From Chloroflexota bacterium (GTDB lineage Bacteria > Chloroflexota > Limnocylindria > Limnocylindrales > CSP1-4): a DNA stretch of 53,761 nucleotides. This document shows positions 1 to 8,678 of this stretch, one piece after another. The position numbers were made by a program, and so were the translations under genes. Numbering within the stretch: position 1 is the stretch's first letter; each line of letters starts with the position of its first letter. The DNA is taken from positions 1 to 53,761 of the forward strand of contig JAXDKT010000190.1 of NCBI GenBank assembly GCA_034666965.1, read 5' to 3'. The notes below the pieces were generated by a model. That model saw only the letters and a list, made by a program, of their open reading frames with translations. It had not been told where the DNA came from and did not search any database.

Positions 1-103
1 TGAGCGGCTGGCGCGACGCCGGTCCCAGGTCGCGGGTGACCCGGGTGAGGCGGACCAGGGGTGTGTTCCCGACGAGGTCCAGGATCGAGCCGGCGTAGTC
101 CAT
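1..103 (-). CDS. Cystathionine beta-synthase / cysteine synthase family, N-terminus only (runs off window)
   Basis: Manual translation from ATG at 103 gives MDYAGSILDLVGNTPLVRLTRV; the 'ILDLVGNTPLVRL' start is typical of PLP-dependent CBS/CysK. Not in the ORF track. Confidence 0.8.
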   Translation of the reverse strand, partial: MDYAGSILDLVGNTPLVRLTRVTRDLGPASRQPL

Positions 104-124
104 CGCCCGAGTATGCCCGATGCT

Positions 125-1042
125 CTAGCCGTCCGGCGGAGTGTCGCGGTCGAGCCGGCCCCTGCGCAGCAGGAGCCAGGTCAGCCACTCGCGCAACCGG
201 CGGGGATGGTCGGGCGGATCGACGGTCGCGGGATGGAGGGCCAGCACCACCGGACCGAGACGTTCCGCGAACCGGTCGGTCAGCCGGCGGGCGAGGTCGA
301 GCTCCTGGCGTGAGCCCTCGGGCGCGGGGCTCCCGTCCCAGTCCGGGCCGAGGAGCTCGGCGGCATCGGTCGGGGACAGGATCCGGGCCGAAAGCCGGCG
401 GCCGACGTAGAGCTCCTCGGTCCCGGCCATCGCCAGCAGCACGATCGGTGCGCCCGTCCGGAGGGCGATCAGGGCGGCCCCGCTGCGGAACGGCCCGATG
501 CGACCGGTCGGACCGCTGACGGTCCCCTCGGGCATCTGGGCGAACACGCCACCGTTGGCCAGGACCGCCCGGGCCGCGGTCACGTGCTTGTCGATCCCGA
601 CCCCACCGCGCCAGACCGGCAGGAGCCCGCCGAGGCGGTGGACCAGCGCCTCGCGCCAGCGCGGACCGAAGGCCGACGGGCCCGAGCCGAGGAACCACAC
701 CCGCGGCTCGAGTGGCAGCGCGGCGAGGACTACGAACGGGTCGAGCCAACCGCGGTGGGCGGCCGCCACGACGATGTACCCGCCGCGCCGGGGCAACAAG
801 TCGCGACCTTGAACCTCGACCCGGAACCGGAACACGCCGAACAGCACGAAGCGAGCGAGCAGGGCCGCCAGCCGAACGAGGACGCCAGCGCTGGCCTCGG
901 GCGGCCGACCGAGCCAGTCGAGTCCCTCGACGGCGCCGCCGCGCGCCCGCGCCAGCGCCTCCGGGGCGATCCGGCCCGGCGGCGGGCGTTCCCGCCTGGA
1001 CCGGCCCGATCCGGGCGGCGGCTCCCCCGGCGGATCGGTCAC
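125..1042 (-). CDS. Lysophospholipid (1-acyl-sn-glycerol-3-phosphate) acyltransferase, PlsC family
   Basis: H-x4-D motif (AHRGWLD), PEGT motif, FRSGAALIALRTGAPIV; 4-bp overlap with lgt. Confidence 0.8.
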   Translation of the reverse strand: MTDPPGEPPPGSGRSRRERPPPGRIAPEALARARGGAVEGLDWLGRPPEASAGVLVRLAALLARFVLFGVFRFRVEVQGRDLLPRRGGYIVVAAAHRGWLDPFVVLAALPLEPRVWFLGSGPSAFGPRWREALVHRLGGLLPVWRGGVGIDKHVTAARAVLANGGVFAQMPEGTVSGPTGRIGPFRSGAALIALRTGAPIVLLAMAGTEELYVGRRLSARILSPTDAAELLGPDWDGSPAPEGSRQELDLARRLTDRFAERLGPVVLALHPATVDPPDHPRRLREWLTWLLLRRGRLDRDTPPDG

Positions 1043-2046
1043 GTCGTGGATTTCGACCCGGCGGCGTCGTGATCCTCCGGTGGCGGATCACGGTCGGAGT
1101 CGGAGTCGGAGTCGGAGTCGGAGTCGGCCGGATTGTCGTCGAGGGCTTCCGCCGCGCCGCGGGCGCCTTCGTCGGCTTCGATCTGGGCCACGGTCGGGCC
1201 CGGACGGAGATGACGGAAGACGAGCAGCGCCAGGGCGATCGCGATCGCGACCCCCGACGCGATCTGGGCGGTCGGAATCCCGCCCAGCGTCCAGTTGTAG
1301 CCGTAGCGCATGAACTCGAGCAGGAAGCGGGTCGTGCCGTACCACACGAAGAAGATGAGCAGCAGGTCACCGGGCCGGAGCCGGTGCGAGTAGCGCCGGC
1401 CCAGCCACAGCAGAAACAGCAGACCGACGATCGCCGACACCGACTCGTACAGGAACAGGGGCTGGAAATGCTGGCCCAGGGTCGCGTTCGGATCGGATCC
1501 GTCTGGACAGAGATACGGCGCAACCCGGTGCTTGCACTGGATGGCAATCCCCCAGGGCAGGTCGGTCGGCGGTCCGTACAGCTCCTGGTTGAAGAAGTTG
1601 CCCAGGCGACCGACGGCCTGCATCGCGAACAGGCCGGGCGCGACGACGTCCGCCCAGCGCCAGAACGACTGGCCCTTCCAGCGCAGGTACAGCCAGGCCG
1701 CGATCGGTCCGGTCAACAACCCGCCGTAGACGCCCAGGCCGCTGAACCCGGCGAAGCCGTACGACCCGTCGGGACCGCGCCTGATGGGAAGCAGGATCGT
1801 CAATGGGTCGTCCTTGTACAGGGCCCATTGGTCGATGACGTGGTAGAGCCGCCCGCCGATCAGTGCCGCGACGGCGACGACGATCAGGCCGTTGATGATC
1901 AGCTCGGGATCGAGGCCCTTGCGCCGGGCCTCCCGGATCATGATCTGGTAGACGACCAGCAGGCCCAGCGCATAGCAGAGGCCGTACCACGAAATCGGCA
2001 CCGGACCGAGCTGGACGGCCACGGGGTCGGGGGTGATGTCGATCAT
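1039..2046 (-). CDS. lgt: Prolipoprotein diacylglyceryl transferase
   Basis: WYGL, GGRLYHV, QAVGRLGNFFNQELYG, FLYES motifs; multiple TM segments. Confidence 0.95.
   Translation of the reverse strand: MIDITPDPVAVQLGPVPISWYGLCYALGLLVVYQIMIREARRKGLDPELIINGLIVVAVAALIGGRLYHVIDQWALYKDDPLTILLPIRRGPDGSYGFAGFSGLGVYGGLLTGPIAAWLYLRWKGQSFWRWADVVAPGLFAMQAVGRLGNFFNQELYGPPTDLPWGIAIQCKHRVAPYLCPDGSDPNATLGQHFQPLFLYESVSAIVGLLFLLWLGRRYSHRLRPGDLLLIFFVWYGTTRFLLEFMRYGYNWTLGGIPTAQIASGVAIAIALALLVFRHLRPGPTVAQIEADEGARGAAEALDDNPADSDSDSDSDSDRDPPPEDHDAAGSKSTT
1093..1127. repeat. Hexanucleotide tandem repeat (GTCGGA) x about 5.8, encoding DSDSDSDSD in the Lgt C-terminal tail
   Basis: Read directly from the sequence. Confidence 0.95.
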
Positions 2047-2131
2047 TCGTCGGCGAGTGTAGTCGGTTGGGCGCCGTCGACCGGGTTACCCCTCGGGCCC
2101 ATGCCGCTCCCCGTCCCTATACTGGCGCCGG

Positions 2132-2170
2132 ATGGCCCCCACTCACGTTCCCGAGAGCCGCCCCGCGTGA
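2132..2170 (+). CDS. Putative leaderless 12-aa uORF (MAPTHVPESRPA) coupled to the next gene
   Basis: TATACT at 2118-2123 lies 8 nt before the ATG; its TGA overlaps the GTG at 2167 (GTGA). Confidence 0.35.
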   Translation: MAPTHVPESRPA

Positions 2171-2418
2171 ACGCCGAGTTCCAGTGGTGGCTGCTGATCG
2201 TCGGCATCGTCATCGGCGGAGCGCTGGTCTATCTGGTGCTGGCGGATCTCCAGGGTGACCGGGACGCGACCCAGGACGAGGAGCCGGTCGACGACGAGGA
2301 GTCCGACGACGCAGGGGACTGGCCGACCCAGGCGCCCGATCCGGCGTCAGTCGGGGACGACGCCACTGTGCAGCGCGACGGCGCCCAGCGCGAGCCGACG
2401 ATAGCCGACGTCCCGTAG
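2167..2418 (+). CDS. Small single-pass membrane protein with acidic tail
   Basis: NAEFQWWLLIVGIVIGGALVYLVLA hydrophobic helix followed by a D/E-rich tail; 3' end of track ORF 712..2418. Confidence 0.6.
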   Translation: MNAEFQWWLLIVGIVIGGALVYLVLADLQGDRDATQDEEPVDDEESDDAGDWPTQAPDPASVGDDATVQRDGAQREPTIADVP

Positions 2419-3102
2419 TCCCGCCCGGGTCATGGTCGCCGCCAGGGCGGCCGGGTCGGGGAAGCCCTCGAGCGACGCGGGCAGGTAGCGATAGGCCCGC
2501 CGACGGGCGAACACCGCCGCGGCCAGCGGAGCCAGGAAGCGGAAGGTCGCCAGGTACAGCCAGCCCCAGATCCGTGGTCGCGGCGTCGACAGCTCCAGAC
2601 AGACAACGCGGCCGCCCGGCCGGACCACCCTGGCCAGCTCGCGGAAGCCACCCTCGAAATCGGCCAGATTGCGCAGCCCGAAGGCGATCGTCGCCGCGTC
2701 GAACGTGGCGCGCTCGAACGGGAGGGCCAGCGCGTTGCCGACGATGAACTCGACCTGGACGAGATCGTCCGAGACCCGGCGCGCCTCCTCGATCATGTGC
2801 GGAGCGAGGTCGACCCCGACGATCCGCCCGAACGGACCGACGCGCTCGGCCAGGGCCAGGGTGAGCTTGCCGGTCCCACAGGCCACGTCGATCGCCGAAC
2901 CGCCCGAGCCCAACTGGGTGGCCCGCACCGCCGCCCGCCGCCAGCGCTCGTCGCGGCCGGCCGTCATCAAGGTGTTGACCCGGTCGTAGACGGGAGCGAT
3001 CTCGTCGAACATCGCGGCGACGTCGGCCTCGGGCACCGGGTTGCCGGTGCGTGGCGTTGGCTCGGGCCCGGATCGATCCGGCTCGGCCGGTGGCGTCCTC
3101 AT
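2347..3102 (-). CDS. menG: Demethylmenaquinone/ubiquinone methyltransferase (MenG/UbiE)
   Basis: MFDEIAPVYDRVN, DVACGTG, AFGLRN, ARVVRPGG, YRYLPAS; start moved to MRTPP at 3102. Confidence 0.9.
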   Translation of the reverse strand: MRTPPAEPDRSGPEPTPRTGNPVPEADVAAMFDEIAPVYDRVNTLMTAGRDERWRRAAVRATQLGSGGSAIDVACGTGKLTLALAERVGPFGRIVGVDLAPHMIEEARRVSDDLVQVEFIVGNALALPFERATFDAATIAFGLRNLADFEGGFRELARVVRPGGRVVCLELSTPRPRIWGWLYLATFRFLAPLAAAVFARRRAYRYLPASLEGFPDPAALAATMTRAGLRDVGYRRLALGAVALHSGVVPD

Positions 3103-3122
3103 GGCTGGACCTCGATCGTCGG

Positions 3123-4013
3123 TCAACCCTGTTCGGCGGTCCCGGTCAGGACGTCGCCCGGCTCCACCGGATGGCCGTCGGCATCGACCAGGGTGATCCC
3201 GAACTTCGTGCCCGGACCGGCCCCTTTGAGCTCCTTCGACCAGCCATCCCAGTACGCCAGCCCGCCGCCGAAGTCCATCGTGCCCATCCTCGCTCGTGAA
3301 CCGTCCGACCGGACGACCCAACAGGCCAGCCGCTGGCCGGCCGGCGGCTCCCCGAGCCCGGGTGCGCTGACCACCAGCTCCGCGCTCGTGGCCGAGAAGA
3401 GGATCGTCCCGGTCAGGACACCGGCGCCGTCAGCCGTGCCGCTGAGGTTGACGCGGAGCGCATCGGGCTCGGCGCTGATCCGCAGGGTGGCGGCGTTCAG
3501 CTCAGCCAGCGCCGCCGCACGTGCCCGTTGGTCGTCGATCAGGCGGCCGCTTAGCAGCCCGGCACCGATGAGCGCCACGACGAGGACGGCCGCCAGCGCG
3601 GCAGTCCGGCTGAGCACCCGAGCGCGGACGCCGGCGGGCCGGCGGCTCATGAGCGTGGGCGAATCCGCGGGTCGCTGCCCCACGGCGACGCCCGGGACTC
3701 CGGGCGCGCGCGGGAATCCGTCAATCGCCGGCACGGGGGCCGGGTGGCCAGCTCGGCGCGGGCGGCCGACCTCGCGGACCAGGCTCAGGGTGCGGGCCCT
3801 GAGTTCGCTGGGCAGCGGCGTCTCGACCGCCTCACGGACGAGCCCACCGACCACGCTCAGGCGCCGCGCCTCCTCGGCGCAATCCGCGCAGCCAGCGAGG
3901 TGTCCGGCGATCGCCGCGGCCTGCGGCGTATCGCCCGCAGCAAGTCGCTCCAGGCCGTCGGGCTCCACCGCCGCCAGCTCGAGCAGCTCGCGGACCTCGG
4001 CGTGATCCATCAT
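3123..4013 (-). CDS. Anti-sigma factor, RskA-like
   Basis: N-terminal H-x3-C-x2-C zinc site (HLAGCADC), one TM helix, C-terminal RskA-like domain; overlaps the sigma gene. Confidence 0.8.
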   Translation of the reverse strand: MMDHAEVRELLELAAVEPDGLERLAAGDTPQAAAIAGHLAGCADCAEEARRLSVVGGLVREAVETPLPSELRARTLSLVREVGRPRRAGHPAPVPAIDGFPRAPGVPGVAVGQRPADSPTLMSRRPAGVRARVLSRTAALAAVLVVALIGAGLLSGRLIDDQRARAAALAELNAATLRISAEPDALRVNLSGTADGAGVLTGTILFSATSAELVVSAPGLGEPPAGQRLACWVVRSDGSRARMGTMDFGGGLAYWDGWSKELKGAGPGTKFGITLVDADGHPVEPGDVLTGTAEQG

Positions 4014-4720
4014 CGGTCGGCCCTCACCGCGGCCTGGACGACCCCGGCCGCTCGGGCCTCGGGATCGTGGGCGACTCCGTCCAGTGGCAGCGGTCCAAGT
4101 TCGGGCCCGAGCACGAGGCGGAGCCGGAGGAGCGCCCGGCGGGTTCGGGTCTTGACCGTGCCCAGGGGCCAACCGAGGCGTACGGCGATCTCGCTCTGGC
4201 TGAGCTCGTCGCGATAGGCCAGCAGGAGCACCTCGCGCTCGGGCTCGGCCATCGCGTCCAGCGCCGCATCGATGGTCTGGCGCAGCTCGGCTCGGGCGAG
4301 CTCCGCCTCGGGACCGGGGCCGGCCCGCGCCCCGCCCACGACCACGCCGACGCGGGCGATCCGCTCGAGGGTGGCGGCCTGGGTCTCGTCAGCCATCCCG
4401 GCGGCCGAGATCGGGACGACGGTCGGGCGGCGCCCGGCGGCTCGCAGGCGATCCACTGTTCGGTTTCGGGCGATCGTCAGTAACCAGGCGGCCAGCGACC
4501 CCCGGTCCGGATCGAACTGTTCGGCGCGGTTCCACAAGGCGAGAAAGGTCTCCTGGACGATGTCTTCGGCAAGGGCCCGATCCGAAGTCAGCCGGAAGGC
4601 CGTCCCGTGGACTGCGCCGGCGTGGCGGTCGTAGAGCGTCGCCAACGCGTCCTCCGAGCCGGCCACGAGCTCAGCGACGAGCCTGGCGTCCTCGATCGGA
4701 TCGGTTCGCGATCCCGACAT
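4010..4720 (-). CDS. ECF RNA polymerase sigma factor (SigK-like)
   Basis: AEDIVQETFLALW, WLLTIARNRTVDRLR, SQSEIA...PLGTVKTR. Confidence 0.93.
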   Translation of the reverse strand: MSGSRTDPIEDARLVAELVAGSEDALATLYDRHAGAVHGTAFRLTSDRALAEDIVQETFLALWNRAEQFDPDRGSLAAWLLTIARNRTVDRLRAAGRRPTVVPISAAGMADETQAATLERIARVGVVVGGARAGPGPEAELARAELRQTIDAALDAMAEPEREVLLLAYRDELSQSEIAVRLGWPLGTVKTRTRRALLRLRLVLGPELGPLPLDGVAHDPEARAAGVVQAAVRADR

Positions 4721-4723
4721 CCG

Positions 4724-5215
4724 CTACGCCCCCGGCTCGCTGCCGGTTTCACGGTCGAGCGGGAGCGGCCGGCGCTCGAAGGCCGTGGAGAAGACGATCT
4801 CGGTCTCGCTGGTGTACACGTGCGGGATCGCCTGGACGAGACGCATCACGCGCTCGAGGTCGAGCGTGTCCGCGGCGCGGATCTTGAGCAGATAGTCGGC
4901 CTCGCCGGCCACGTGATGACAGTCCTCGATCTCGGGGATCGCGGCAAAATCGGTGGTCAGGTCGGTGGTCGGCATGCCCGGCGCCTGGCGGATCCGGCTG
5001 AAGGCGAGGACCCCGAGACCCACGGTCTGGGGATCGATGAGCGGGGCATATCCCCGAATGACCCCGCGCGACTCGAGCCGCTTGACCCGCTCATGAGCCG
5101 ACGGCGCGCTCATCCCGGCGGACGCAGCCAGGTCGGCGTACGAGGCGCGACCGTCGCGCTGGAGCGCGGACAGGATGCGCAGGTCGTTGGCACTGAGGCT
5201 GTCCTTTTGGGTCAA
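4724..5215 (-). CDS. Lrp/AsnC family transcriptional regulator
   Basis: DLRILSALQRDGRASYADLA HTH, RVKRLE..GVIRGY, CHHVAGEADYLLKI; start uncertain (TTG 5215 or 5254). Confidence 0.92.
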   Translation of the reverse strand: MTQKDSLSANDLRILSALQRDGRASYADLAASAGMSAPSAHERVKRLESRGVIRGYAPLIDPQTVGLGVLAFSRIRQAPGMPTTDLTTDFAAIPEIEDCHHVAGEADYLLKIRAADTLDLERVMRLVQAIPHVYTSETEIVFSTAFERRPLPLDRETGSEPGA

Positions 5216-5243
5216 GCGTCTACATCCGTTAGCTCTGGTGTGG

Positions 5244-5272
5244 TTGACGACCATTGTTTGTTAGGCTATCAT
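5244..5272 (+). promoter_or_regulatory. Sigma70-type promoter TTGACG-N17-TATCAT
   Basis: Near-consensus boxes with 17-bp spacing in an AT-rich island, upstream of ORF 5312. Confidence 0.7.
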
Positions 5273-5311
5273 GGCGATCAGCAAAGAATTCATAGAAAGG
5301 AGGCTCCGCTC

Positions 5312-5449
5312 ATGATCATCGTGATCGGCCTCGCCATCATCGCCTCGTTCGCGATCGTCGCCATCCTCATCGATCCCAGTGAGGGCTACCAGGCACCCCA
5401 CGATCCGCGCAACGACCTGCCCATCTGGGCGTTTCTCGGCCGGCGCTAG
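5312..5449 (+). CDS. 45-aa small membrane protein
   Basis: Strong RBS AGAAAGGAGG; MIIVIGLAIIASFAIVAILIDP hydrophobic helix; consensus promoter upstream. Confidence 0.7.
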   Translation: MIIVIGLAIIASFAIVAILIDPSEGYQAPHDPRNDLPIWAFLGRR

Positions 5450-5458
5450 TCCGCCAGC

Positions 5459-5779
5459 CTACCAGTCTCCCGCCGGCCGCCGCCGTGGCCCGGCCGGGAG
5501 ACTGCCCGCCGCTTGGTGCGCCTCCAGGCAGGTGACCCCCGCCGAGCCCACGCTCGCGTCATGGATCGTCCCGGCCGGTAGCTCGAGCCGATCGCCCGTC
5601 TCGAGGGCGAGCCGCCCTCCGGTCGCGGGCAACCCGAACACGATCGAGCCCTGCGCCACCACGATGACCTTGTCGTAGGCGTGCTCGTGCGCCGGGTAGA
5701 CGTCTCCGGGTCCGTTCGCCCAGGTCTGCGCGACCAGACCCTCCCCCGCCAGTCGCGCCATCAAGCTGCCAGAGCTCAT
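5459..5779 (-). CDS. Cupin domain protein
   Basis: HEH motif and GDRLELPAGTIHDA cupin motif 2. Confidence 0.8.
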   Translation of the reverse strand: MSSGSLMARLAGEGLVAQTWANGPGDVYPAHEHAYDKVIVVAQGSIVFGLPATGGRLALETGDRLELPAGTIHDASVGSAGVTCLEAHQAAGSLPAGPRRRPAGDW

Positions 5780-6075
5780 GGCGCTGGCGTTCCATCATGT
5801 CCGTCGCCGGACGGACCGGCCCGCCCCGGCGGACTGGCCGAGCCCGGATCCCCGCCGGCCTCGCCACGGAGCAGGTCGGCGGCATGTTGCCGCCAGGCTT
5901 GGTCCGCGGCGCGAGGGTCAACGCCAAGCGACGTGGCAACGATCAGGAAGGCCACCCCGAAGACGGCCCCGATGCCGACGGCCAGGAACCCGGGCCAGGC
6001 AATCCACAACAGGAACACCAGGGTCACGACGAGGGCGGTGGCGAGGCTTCCGGCGATGTGCCCGAGGCTTGGCAC
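5776..6075 (-). CDS. Small two-TM membrane protein
   Basis: Two hydrophobic helices; ATGA overlap with the cupin gene. Confidence 0.6.
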   Translation of the reverse strand: MPSLGHIAGSLATALVVTLVFLLWIAWPGFLAVGIGAVFGVAFLIVATSLGVDPRAADQAWRQHAADLLRGEAGGDPGSASPPGRAGPSGDGHDGTPAP

Positions 6076-6096
6076 GATCCTCCTCCGGCTGTCCGA

Positions 6097-7260
6097 CTAG
6101 GTGACGTTGACGCCGATCAGCCGACCGACAAGGAAGGTCACGGCTGCGGCGATCGCGCCGATCACGACCTGGCGTAGCCCCGAGAACAGCGCCCCGCGAC
6201 CGGTCAGCAGGCTGACCCCGACCCCGACCGCGAACATCGCCGCCAGGCTCAAACCGACGCTCACGACGACCACGGTCAGGCCTCCCCCGAACAGGAACGG
6301 CAGGACTGGCACGACGGCGCCGACCGCGAATGCCACGAACGACCCTCCGGCGGCGCCCCACGGGGAGCCGAGCTGATCGGGATCCAGACCGAGCTCCTCG
6401 CGGATCAGGGTGTCCAGCGCGTGCTCCGGATCGCGGAACAGCTTCTCGGCGATCTTGTCGGCCTCGGCCGCGGAGAAGCCCTTGGACCGGTAGATCGCGG
6501 CGAGCTCGGCCCGCTCCTCGTCGGGCATGGCCTCGAGCTCGGCCCGCTCGAGGGCGATCTGGCGCTCGTAGAGCTCACGCTGCGACTGCATCGAGATGTA
6601 TTCGCCGGCCGCCATGCTGAACGCTCCCGCCAGCAGCCCGGCGATCCCGGCCAGGAGGACGAAGTGCGGGGCGCCGACCGACGCGCCGGCCACGCCCATC
6701 ACCAGGCTCGTGTTGCTGACCAGGCCATCGCTGATCCCGAAGATGACCGCCCGAAGCGTCCCCGACTGACCGGTGCGGTGCCAACGCTCGTCGCGCCCCA
6801 TCGACCGGGCACGATCCGAATGAGCCGTCCGAAGCTCCTCGGCGGAGAGCTGGACCTCATCGGCACCGTTCTCGAGGCGCCGCCAGATCTCGGCATGCTC
6901 GCGCTCATCGGCGGCGATCGCCTCGACCTCGGACGATCCCTGCCCCTGATAGCTCGCTTCCTCGTCGCCTTCGAGCGCCTGGACGAGGTCGCTCACGGCG
7001 CGCGTGCCGAACAAGCGCGCCAGCAGGATGATCGACCGGACCCGCAGCCGCGGACCGGCAACGGGCGGAACGTCGACTCCGAGCTCGCGCAGCTTGGTGG
7101 CCCACACCTCCGCGTGCCGGCGCTCGTTGCCGGCAATGGTCCGGAACGCCGATGCGCGGCGGGGATCCTTCTCGATCGACGCCAGCGCGTCGTACAGGAC
7201 GATGGCATCTCGCTCGAGCTTGAGGTTCTCGAGACTCTGGGCGGAGTCAAAGGCAGGCAT
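6097..7260 (-). CDS. Ferritin-like (rubrerythrin) domain fused to VIT1/CCC1 iron transporter
   Basis: E-x2-H pairs (ERRH, EREH), then LRAVIFGISDGLVS, SMAAGEYIS and REELG VIT1 motifs; start MPAFD at 7260. Confidence 0.9.
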   Translation of the reverse strand: MPAFDSAQSLENLKLERDAIVLYDALASIEKDPRRASAFRTIAGNERRHAEVWATKLRELGVDVPPVAGPRLRVRSIILLARLFGTRAVSDLVQALEGDEEASYQGQGSSEVEAIAADEREHAEIWRRLENGADEVQLSAEELRTAHSDRARSMGRDERWHRTGQSGTLRAVIFGISDGLVSNTSLVMGVAGASVGAPHFVLLAGIAGLLAGAFSMAAGEYISMQSQRELYERQIALERAELEAMPDEERAELAAIYRSKGFSAAEADKIAEKLFRDPEHALDTLIREELGLDPDQLGSPWGAAGGSFVAFAVGAVVPVLPFLFGGGLTVVVVSVGLSLAAMFAVGVGVSLLTGRGALFSGLRQVVIGAIAAAVTFLVGRLIGVNVT

Positions 7261-7327
7261 GGCCTGATGGTAGCGACGAACCGTGGCGGCCGGGGCCGGA
7301 CGGGAGTGGCGCACGTAGACTGACGGC

Positions 7328-8332
7328 GTGATCGAGCCTCCGCTCCGGTTCCTGTCGGCGGCCGACGTCACGGCCGCGATGCCGCCGCTCGAGGAACGCC
7401 TGCGCCTGGCCGAGCGGACGCTGGTCGCCCTGGCCGACGGCTCCGCCGAGCTGCCGCCCAAGATCGGCGTCCACCCGCGCTCGACCGCCTCGTTCGGCCA
7501 CGCGATGCCGGCGTTCCTGCGCGGCGACGACCCTGGCGGCAGGGGCGACCTCCTGGGCATGAAGTGGGTCGTGGGGCATCCGGCCAACGGGGCGCTGGGT
7601 CTGCCGACCATCCACGCCACGGTTGTCCTCAACGACCCGGCGACGGGCGTGCCCCTGGCGATCCTCGATGGCGGACCGATCACGGCGGCCCGGACCGCGG
7701 CCGTCAGCGGCGTGGCGATCCGCCACTTCGCGCCGGTCACCGGTTCCGGCGGTGGACAGCACCGAGTCGCGATCCTCGGCGCCGGCGTGCAGGGTCACAG
7801 CCACCTCGAGGTCGTCGGCCACCTCCTCCCGGGTGCCTCGCTGGCGGTGTTCGATCGTCACCCGGAGCGGTCCGAGGCACTGGCCGAGGCCGCCCGCCGG
7901 ACGGACGGGATCGCCGACGCCGCGGCGGCGCCCGCCCCCCAGGATGCGGTCCTTGGAGCGGACGTCGTGATCAGCGCGGTCTCGTTCGGTCCCGTTCGCC
8001 AGGTGATGACCAACGAATGGCTGGCCCCCGACGCGCTGGTGATCCCGGTCGACTACGCCACGACGTGCGCCGCCGAGGTCGCCCGGGATGCCGCCCTGTT
8101 CCTCGTCGACGAGCTCGGCCAGTTCCTGGCCAACCGGGACGCCGGGTTGTTCGACGCATATCCGGACCCCACGGCCACCCTTGGCCGGGCGATCCTCGAC
8201 AGCGTCCGACGGCCGGCTTCCGGCCGCGTGGTCGCGACCCACCTGGGCACGGGTCTGGCCGACCTCATCCTGGGCACGGCGCTGGTCCGCGCCGCCGCGC
8301 TCGCAGGGTTGGGCACCGTCCTGCCGCGGTGA
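7328..8332 (+). CDS. Ornithine cyclodeaminase / mu-crystallin family protein
   Basis: GMKWV, ITAARTAAVS, ILGAGVQG, GTGLADL. Confidence 0.88.
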   Translation: MIEPPLRFLSAADVTAAMPPLEERLRLAERTLVALADGSAELPPKIGVHPRSTASFGHAMPAFLRGDDPGGRGDLLGMKWVVGHPANGALGLPTIHATVVLNDPATGVPLAILDGGPITAARTAAVSGVAIRHFAPVTGSGGGQHRVAILGAGVQGHSHLEVVGHLLPGASLAVFDRHPERSEALAEAARRTDGIADAAAAPAPQDAVLGADVVISAVSFGPVRQVMTNEWLAPDALVIPVDYATTCAAEVARDAALFLVDELGQFLANRDAGLFDAYPDPTATLGRAILDSVRRPASGRVVATHLGTGLADLILGTALVRAAALAGLGTVLPR

Positions 8333-8339
8333 GCCGGCC

Positions 8340-8678
8340 CTAGCCGTTGACGGGCAGCGGTCCCTCGGGAACCTCGATCATCACCCGGCCGTTCTCGACG
8401 ACCACCGGGTAGCGCGCCAGGGGCACCTCGGCGGGTGGGTCGAGCGGTTCGCCCGTGTCGAGGTCGAACCGAGACATGTGCAGAGCGCAGGTCAGCGAGC
8501 CCGCGGTCAGGAAGCCCTTGTCGAGCTCGAAGTACTCGTGGCTGCAGATCCCCTGGAAGGCCCGCAACTCACCGTCGACGTTGACCACGAGAACCGGGTC
8601 GGTGCCGTCCACCCAGGCCATCTTCATGGTGCCCGGCGGGACCTCGTCCACGCCGACCAGGTCGACCCTGCGGGTCAC
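8340..8678 (-). CDS. Rieske 2Fe-2S ferredoxin
   Basis: CSH...CALH ligands, FDLDTGE; GTG start overlapping the sufD stop. Confidence 0.88.
   Translation of the reverse strand: MTRRVDLVGVDEVPPGTMKMAWVDGTDPVLVVNVDGELRAFQGICSHEYFELDKGFLTAGSLTCALHMSRFDLDTGEPLDPPAEVPLARYPVVVENGRVMIEVPEGPLPVNG

Noticed and set aside
1093-1127. Phase-variation tract in lgt
   Set aside because: The 6-bp unit preserves frame and lies in the C-terminal tail, so it cannot switch the gene on or off
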